NCBI GenBank assembly: GCA_964474655.1
Contig: CAYYTU010000004.1
Span: forward strand, 2,563 to 66,562
Origin: an uncultured Anaerolineales bacterium
GTDB lineage: Bacteria > Chloroflexota > Anaerolineae > B4-G1
DNA length: 64,000 nt
Reading direction: 5' to 3'
In this document: piece after piece, positions 59,177 to 64,000 of the stretch
Position numbering within the stretch: the first letter of the stretch is position 1
Layout: each line of letters begins with the position of its first letter
Program-made: the position numbers and the translations under genes
Notes under the pieces: generated by a model
Seen by the model: the letters and a program-made list of their open reading frames with translations, nothing else
What the model was told of the DNA's origin: nothing
Databases searched by the model: none

Positions 59177-60227
59177 CGCCTCCTTGGTCTTGTGGCATCT
59201 TTTGAGCCGGAAAGCAGCCGACACGCAAAAAGGCCGCAGAATGAACTGTGGCCTTGACCATACCAGACCTCAGAGGCCAGGCGCTTAGATCATTCCACGG
59301 ATGTGTCCGCAGAACTGCCTTCACAAGATGGTCTCTCGGATTGTTCGTCCATATAAACGCATGTAACGAGACCGGCCCGATTCGTCCAGCCGTGAGCCAG
59401 GGGTTTAGGGATGCGCGTGACTTGGTGGTCTGCTTATCTTCTTTAGCAGCCCGCACTCGATCATAGACCGCCTGACCGACGACGCCGTCACGCACAATAT
59501 CCACGCGCTGACGCGGCATCCCCTCGAAGTCGAAGGACGGGGGTCAACCCGCAGGATCGAGCCCATCGTCCCAGATAGCGATCAACGGCGATAACAGCTG
59601 CTTCCCCGACGATCATTCATCCAACTCTTGCCCTCCTGTAGGGCATTAACACTAGCATAAAATGTAATAACCTGCAATATGTCGTGTACTACATCAGGTA
59701 GACGTCGGGAGCAACAGGCTGCGGGTTGCGGCTGCGCAGGGCCCGGTCGATAGCCTCTTTGCCGCGGGCCAGGCGAGCTCACTCGGCGGGGCTGTAGCCG
59801 GCGGTGGTCTCATCGAAAGCTGTGATGCGGGGCGGCTCGGTGGGCGCCGGCAAACCGGGGAAGTCCGGATCCTCCGGACGGTGTCGGGCGGTTGTGGTCG
59901 CTGCCTCGACTACGCCTCCAGCCCAGTCTCGGTCAGGTCGTTGGACGTAGCCACGCCCACCCGCTGGCCCAGGGCAGCGCGCACGACCAGGTGGTGATTC
60001 GCTCCCGCCACGTGCTGATGGATGGCGTTGTTGGCGAAGCGCATCAGCTGCTCGTCCAGCCCCAACAGCACTGCCTCGGTCTCATCGGCAGACGAGAGAG
60101 CAAGGGTTTGTTGGAGCAGCGCCTTCGTTCGGCTATGACCTAGCATTGGTATCTCCTGGTATGAGTCACAAAACGTAACGCCTATCGCGTATGGCGTAAA
60201 ACGTGTTGCATCCTCTCGACGTTTCAC
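59145..60227 (-). pseudogene. Degraded TldD/PmbA-family metallopeptidase gene (fragments in at least two frames)
   Basis: 59910..60227 encodes ...LMRFANNAIHQHVAGANHHLVVRAALGQRVGVATSNDL (PmbA/TldD N-terminal pattern). After an in-frame TAG the neighbouring frame continues AVVEAATTARHRPEDPDFPGLPAP... The ORF 59145..59519 carries DIVRDGVVGQAVYDRVRAAK, a C-terminal-like segment. Confidence 0.45.
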
Positions 60228-60230
60228 GCT

Positions 60231-61469
60231 TTACTCTCGCGCTTGCTCGTACACCCGCCCGAATTCCTCCACGTAAAACCTGGTCACCTCTGGATCGTGG
60301 ACGATGAGCACGTTCTCATCGTTCCTCTCTTCGGCGCTGGCGGTAAAGTTGTAGGAGCCTGTGATCACCGTCTCGTCGTCGATGATGATCACCTTGTGGT
60401 GCATGATATAGGGATTGCCGTCGGAGAGCACTTCAGCGATCTGCTTTCGTAGCCGGTCGTACTGGCTGTAGCTGCTTTCCAGGTTACGCTTCTCCATCAC
60501 GCCCTGCACAATCACGCCGGCCTCCGAGCGCTCGATCATCGCGTCGGCGATCTCCTCGCTGGTGAAGACGAAGGCCATAAAGCGGATGCGGTGCTGAGCA
60601 GATTCGATAGCCTGGATAATCGCCGTCGCTGTGTCATCTTCAGGCGCGAAGTAGTTCTCCACTTCGACCTGACGTTCCTGATCTGCTTCGGCTACTCCGT
60701 TCGCTTGGGATTCGACGGTGATGAGCACCCGCGGATGGGGCGTGTTGGACGGTGAAGAGGGACCGAACTCCCTTTCCAACATCTCCTCAAACTCGACGGT
60801 GTAGTTCTCCGCCAGCGCGGGAGAGGCGATCAAGATGGCGTTGTTATTATTGCGATAGGTGCCATTCGCAGTCATATTCCATGACCCGGTCCAGACCCAT
60901 TGCTCATCGATGACGACAAACTTGTTATGCATCAAGCCACTTTGGCGCTTATCCTCGATGACGGGGATGCCAGCCCGCTCCAGCTCGACCAGGGTCTCCT
61001 CGTTGGTCGAGACCGTATCGCTTTCAGTGACCATCCTCACTCGCACGCCGCGCTCCTCGGCCGCGATCAACGCCTCGGCGACGCTCTCCAGATCGAAGTC
61101 GTAAGCTACAAGATCGATGGTGCTTTTCGTTTGATCGATCAGCGCGGACAGATCCTCGCCCAGGCCGCCGTAGCGATCTACCTCCTCGTCCGGGTAGCGT
61201 GGCTGGGTAAAGTAGACGTGGCTCCACTCGCCGCTTACGTGCTCCCTTGCCGCGCCATCCAGCAGAAAATCCAACCCGACGCAGGCTACTTGCAGAAGCA
61301 AAAGCAGGAGCAATGCGCCGCGCGCGAATAACGAGCTCCAGTTGTCCGACGTATCTCTATGCACCGCTATTATCCTCCGGAGATTCCTCCGCTTCGATCT
61401 GCCCCAGCAACGCGCGTACGCCTGCGGCTTGCTCGTCCGGGACACGCTGACCGACCACCCGATTGACAT
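60231..61469 (-). CDS. Phospholipase D-family protein with two HKD motifs and an N-terminal TM helix (cardiolipin-synthase/PLD-like)
   Basis: MHNKFVVIDEQWVWTGSWNMT and MHHKVIIIDDETVITGSYNFT. The start is uncertain and probably internal to the track ORF. Confidence 0.8.
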   Translation of the reverse strand: MSIGWSVSVSRTSKPQAYARCWGRSKRRNLRRIIAVHRDTSDNWSSLFARGALLLLLLLQVACVGLDFLLDGAAREHVSGEWSHVYFTQPRYPDEEVDRYGGLGEDLSALIDQTKSTIDLVAYDFDLESVAEALIAAEERGVRVRMVTESDTVSTNEETLVELERAGIPVIEDKRQSGLMHNKFVVIDEQWVWTGSWNMTANGTYRNNNNAILIASPALAENYTVEFEEMLEREFGPSSPSNTPHPRVLITVESQANGVAEADQERQVEVENYFAPEDDTATAIIQAIESAQHRIRFMAFVFTSEEIADAMIERSEAGVIVQGVMEKRNLESSYSQYDRLRKQIAEVLSDGNPYIMHHKVIIIDDETVITGSYNFTASAEERNDENVLIVHDPEVTRFYVEEFGRVYEQARE

Positions 61470-61667
61470 GCCTCATAGCCCAACGGATGAGCGCGAGGTG
61501 ATCGTCACGCACCGTTGACGGGATCGTTGTCTGTTCTGCCACCGCCTCCGCCCGCTTGGCGGCCCACTCGAGCAACATAGTGGCTGCCTCGTCGACCAGA
61601 TCGGCGGTCAGGCTCTCATCCTCCAGGATGCGCTCGACCGCGCGGCGAGATTCTGAATCGTTCATAG
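61357..61667 (-). CDS. Hypothetical small protein
   Basis: ORF only, no motif. Start guessed at MNDSESRR. Overlaps the annotated PLD start region. Confidence 0.3.
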
Positions 61668-61769
61668 CCTCCTCCCTTGCTTGAGCAGGTAGTATAGCCC
61701 AGTCGGCGCGGAGCGCAAGCACAAGATCCGAGCCGATGAGAACCTGGGACGTGCCTCTTCCCACTCCAC

Positions 61770-61811
61770 GTTTCACGTGAAACGCGGCCCGCGAGACGTT
61801 TCACGTGAAAC
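61770..61811. promoter_or_regulatory. Two copies of the perfect 14-bp palindrome GTTTCACGTGAAAC, 28 bp apart, upstream of the pncB promoter (candidate operator)
   Basis: 61770-61783 and 61798-61811. TTGACC-16-TATAAT lies at 61834-61861. A half-site ACGTTTCACG also occurs at 60222-60231. Confidence 0.55.
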
Positions 61812-61920
61812 AAGCCCTGCCGGGGGCGTTGCCTTGACCAGCCCCTAAGGAGGAGTATAATTTCCGGTGCAGATTGGCATCAGGAAGCGCTATCCGGTTA
61901 ATCGTCTTGGAGGTAATCTT

Positions 61921-63489
61921 ATGAATACGTCAGAACGAGAGACAGCTGAAGGTATTCTGTTCACCGACCAGTATCAACTCACGATGGCCCAACTCTATTA
62001 CCGTATGGGGCTCCACGAAAAAGAAGTCCAGTTCGACCATTTCTTCCGCGATTATCCGGACTATGGCGGGCACAAGGCCGGCTACTGCGTCAACGCCGGG
62101 TTGGAGTGGCTGCTGGATTGGATGGACGGCGCCCACTTCCGCGCTCAGGACATCGACTATTTGCGCCAGCAGACCGGGCGCACCGGTTCTCGCATCTTCG
62201 ACGACGATTTTCTGAACTGGCTGGAGACGAACGGCTCCTTCGACGGCATCACGATGCGCGCCATTCCAGAGGGCCGCGTCGTCCATCCTAATGTCCCTTT
62301 GACCGTCGTTCAGGGACCGATGGCGATGGCGCAGATCCTGGAGACCTCGCTGCTCAATCATCTCAACTACCAGGTTCTGATCGCCACCAAAGCCGCGCGG
62401 ATCCACCAGAGCGGGCAAGGGCAACTGCTGCTAGAGTTCGGGCTGCGTCGCGGGCACGATAAGGGCGCCAACGCCGGAGCCCGGGCAGCTCTCATCGGCG
62501 GGGCTGACTTCACTTCCAACGTGGGCGCCTCGCATGTGTTGGGCTATCCGCCCAAGGGCACGCACGCCCACAGCATGGTGCAGGTATTTATGGCTCTGGG
62601 GGAAGGTGAGCTGGAGGCCTTCCGTGCCTACGCCGACGTCTACCCCGACGATTGTCTGCTGCTGGTCGATACCATCGACACGTTGGAGAGCGGCATCCCC
62701 AACGCCATCAAGGTCTTTGAGGAGCTGCGACGCCAGGGACACGAACCGCTCGGCATCCGGCTCGACTCCGGCGACCTGGCCTACCTCAGCATCCAGGCCG
62801 CCCGTATGCTCAACGAGGCCGGCTTCCCAGAGACGTCAATCGTGCTATCCAACAACCTGGATGAACTCGCCATCTGGCAGATTCTGACCCAGATTCAAGA
62901 GGAGGCGCCACGCTACGGGCTCGACCCCGATCATCTCGTCAACCGCCTGGTCTACGGCGTCGGTACGCGCCTGATCACCTCCTGGGGCGAGCCGGCGCTG
63001 GGCGGCGTCTACAAGCTGGTCGCCGTGCGCGATGGCGGCGCCTGGCAGCCGGCGATCAAGATCTCCGAATCGGCGGAGAAGACGCCCAACCCGGGCCACA
63101 AGCACGTCTGGCGCGTGTACGACCAGCGCAGCAAGGCCACAGCCGACCTGCTCAGCCTTGACGATGAGGACCCGCGGGAAATGGACGAGATCGTTCTGCG
63201 ACACCCCACGGAACGGACCAAGCACCGCAAGCTGACGCGCAACGAGATCACCCAGATCGAGCCTCTGCTGGTGGACGTGTTGCGCGATGGTGAACTGGTC
63301 TACGACTGCCCCCCGATTGAGACGATGCGAGAGCGTCGTCGCCACGACGTCGCCCGGCTCGACCCCGGCGTCAAGCGACTGCTCAACCCCCACATCTACC
63401 ATGTCTCCCTGACGCAGCACTTGTGGAACCTGAAGCAGGAGCTGATCGAGACGGCCCTGGCGAACAGTCAGCCCGACGACGGGCGTTAA
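61921..63489 (+). CDS. pncB: Nicotinate phosphoribosyltransferase
   Basis: [37 protein letters not shown]...VGTRL. Start at MNTSERE. Confidence 0.9.
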   Translation: MNTSERETAEGILFTDQYQLTMAQLYYRMGLHEKEVQFDHFFRDYPDYGGHKAGYCVNAGLEWLLDWMDGAHFRAQDIDYLRQQTGRTGSRIFDDDFLNWLETNGSFDGITMRAIPEGRVVHPNVPLTVVQGPMAMAQILETSLLNHLNYQVLIATKAARIHQSGQGQLLLEFGLRRGHDKGANAGARAALIGGADFTSNVGASHVLGYPPKGTHAHSMVQVFMALGEGELEAFRAYADVYPDDCLLLVDTIDTLESGIPNAIKVFEELRRQGHEPLGIRLDSGDLAYLSIQAARMLNEAGFPETSIVLSNNLDELAIWQILTQIQEEAPRYGLDPDHLVNRLVYGVGTRLITSWGEPALGGVYKLVAVRDGGAWQPAIKISESAEKTPNPGHKHVWRVYDQRSKATADLLSLDDEDPREMDEIVLRHPTERTKHRKLTRNEITQIEPLLVDVLRDGELVYDCPPIETMRERRRHDVARLDPGVKRLLNPHIYHVSLTQHLWNLKQELIETALANSQPDDGR

Positions 63490-63623
63490 GACGCGGAAAC
63501 GGTATCGTAACAGATTTGCAACACACAAGCGCAGCGTTTACGCTATAATAATGGCGCAGTGCCTGGGGGCGAACCGTCCCGCCCCGGTTCGTTCTCAGGC
63601 AATTGCTTGAATCTCTTCCAGTA

Positions 63624-63658
63624 ATGCCCGGCGCCAAAACGCCGGGCATTTGCCTTTT
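63624..63658 (+). terminator. Intrinsic terminator downstream of pncB
   Basis: ATGCCCGGCG-ccaaaa-CGCCGGGCAT followed by TTGCCTTTT. Confidence 0.7.
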
Positions 63659-63685
63659 CCTCCCCACTCTGATATAGTCCCCGTG

Positions 63686-64000
63686 ATGAACGAGCAACTC
63701 AAGGGCACGGTCGAGCGCGTGACGTATTATAACGAGGAGAACGGCTACTCCGTCATCCGCCTCAATGTTGAGGACCGTTCCGATCTGGTGACTGTCGTCG
63801 GCAATCTGCCGGAGGTTCAGCCCGGCGAAAGCTTGCGCCTGGAAGGCCGATGGACGAAGCATCCCAAGTACGGACGCCAGTTCAAGGCCGAGTGGTGTGA
63901 GCAGGTTCTCCCGGCCACCGTCGAGGGCATCAAGGCCTACCTGGGTTCTGGAATGATCAAAGGCGTCGGGCCGGTGACCGCCAAACGAATCGTCCAGCGC
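63686..64000 (+). CDS. recD2: RecD2-type ATP-dependent DNA helicase (RecD/YrrC family), N-terminal part. Continues past the window end.
   Basis: MNEQLKGTVERVTYYNEENGYSVIRLNVEDRSDLVTVVGNLPEVQPGESLRLEGRWTKHPKYGRQFKAEWCEQVLPATVEGIKAYLGSGMIKGVGPVTAKRIV, the canonical RecD2 N-terminal domains. Confidence 0.8.
   Translation, partial: MNEQLKGTVERVTYYNEENGYSVIRLNVEDRSDLVTVVGNLPEVQPGESLRLEGRWTKHPKYGRQFKAEWCEQVLPATVEGIKAYLGSGMIKGVGPVTAKRIVQR

Overview
This 64-kb window is high-GC (roughly 60-63 % by eye) bacterial chromosomal DNA. I support about 64 protein-coding genes, two degraded pseudogenes, and no rRNA, tRNA or CRISPR array. The protein signatures suggest a Chloroflexota-like or other high-GC, possibly thermophilic, lineage, but the lineage cannot be fixed from sequence alone. 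Those signatures are a short Gram-positive-type YidC, ClpC, a CbpA-type J-protein with a small MerR regulator in the dnaK operon, UbiX/UbiE, and several ECF sigma modules.

The housekeeping backbone is priA, clpC, gyrB, dnaK-grpE-dnaJ-merR, htrA, prfA-prmC, and an origin-type cluster rpmH-rnpA-yidD-[PQQ propeller]-yidC-jag-[pfkB]-parA-parB, followed by udg, arfB, mntH, pncB and the start of recD2.

Accessory content is:
- two paralogous ECF sigma/anti-sigma modules, one beside a site-2 protease and one beside a DUF4097/bactofilin-like membrane protein
- a GT4 glycosyltransferase pair next to gyrB, plus GT2 and further GT4 genes and a polysaccharide deacetylase
- an SPT-like alpha-oxoamine synthase
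- a FmdB zinc-ribbon gene followed by ChlI-like and ChlD-C(vWA)-like genes separated by an A9 slippery tract
- a NudC-like Nudix gene, two cold-shock genes, an Nramp + MgtE-N/CBS operon, and a PLD-family protein

The most unusual things visible are:
1. The A9 homopolymer at the ChlI stop, where a -1 shift fuses ChlI in-frame to the ChlD-type linker and vWA domain. This is either a programmed recoding site of the dnaX type or a homopolymer indel.
2. Two mosaic families of short non-coding interspersed repeats: family A with 11-bp terminal inverted repeats ACTACAACGAG/CTCGTTGTAGT (4 copies), and family B of about 155 bp (3 full copies plus 2 fragments). Several sit back-to-back in an AT-rich 720-bp intergenic region.
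3. A BamB-like PQQ beta-propeller (possible lipoprotein) inserted between yidD and yidC.
4. A twin perfect palindrome GTTTCACGTGAAAC upstream of pncB.
5. A conserved 13-mer in both csp leaders.

Many long ORFs in the supplied six-frame track are antisense shadows typical of high-GC DNA, and I rejected them.
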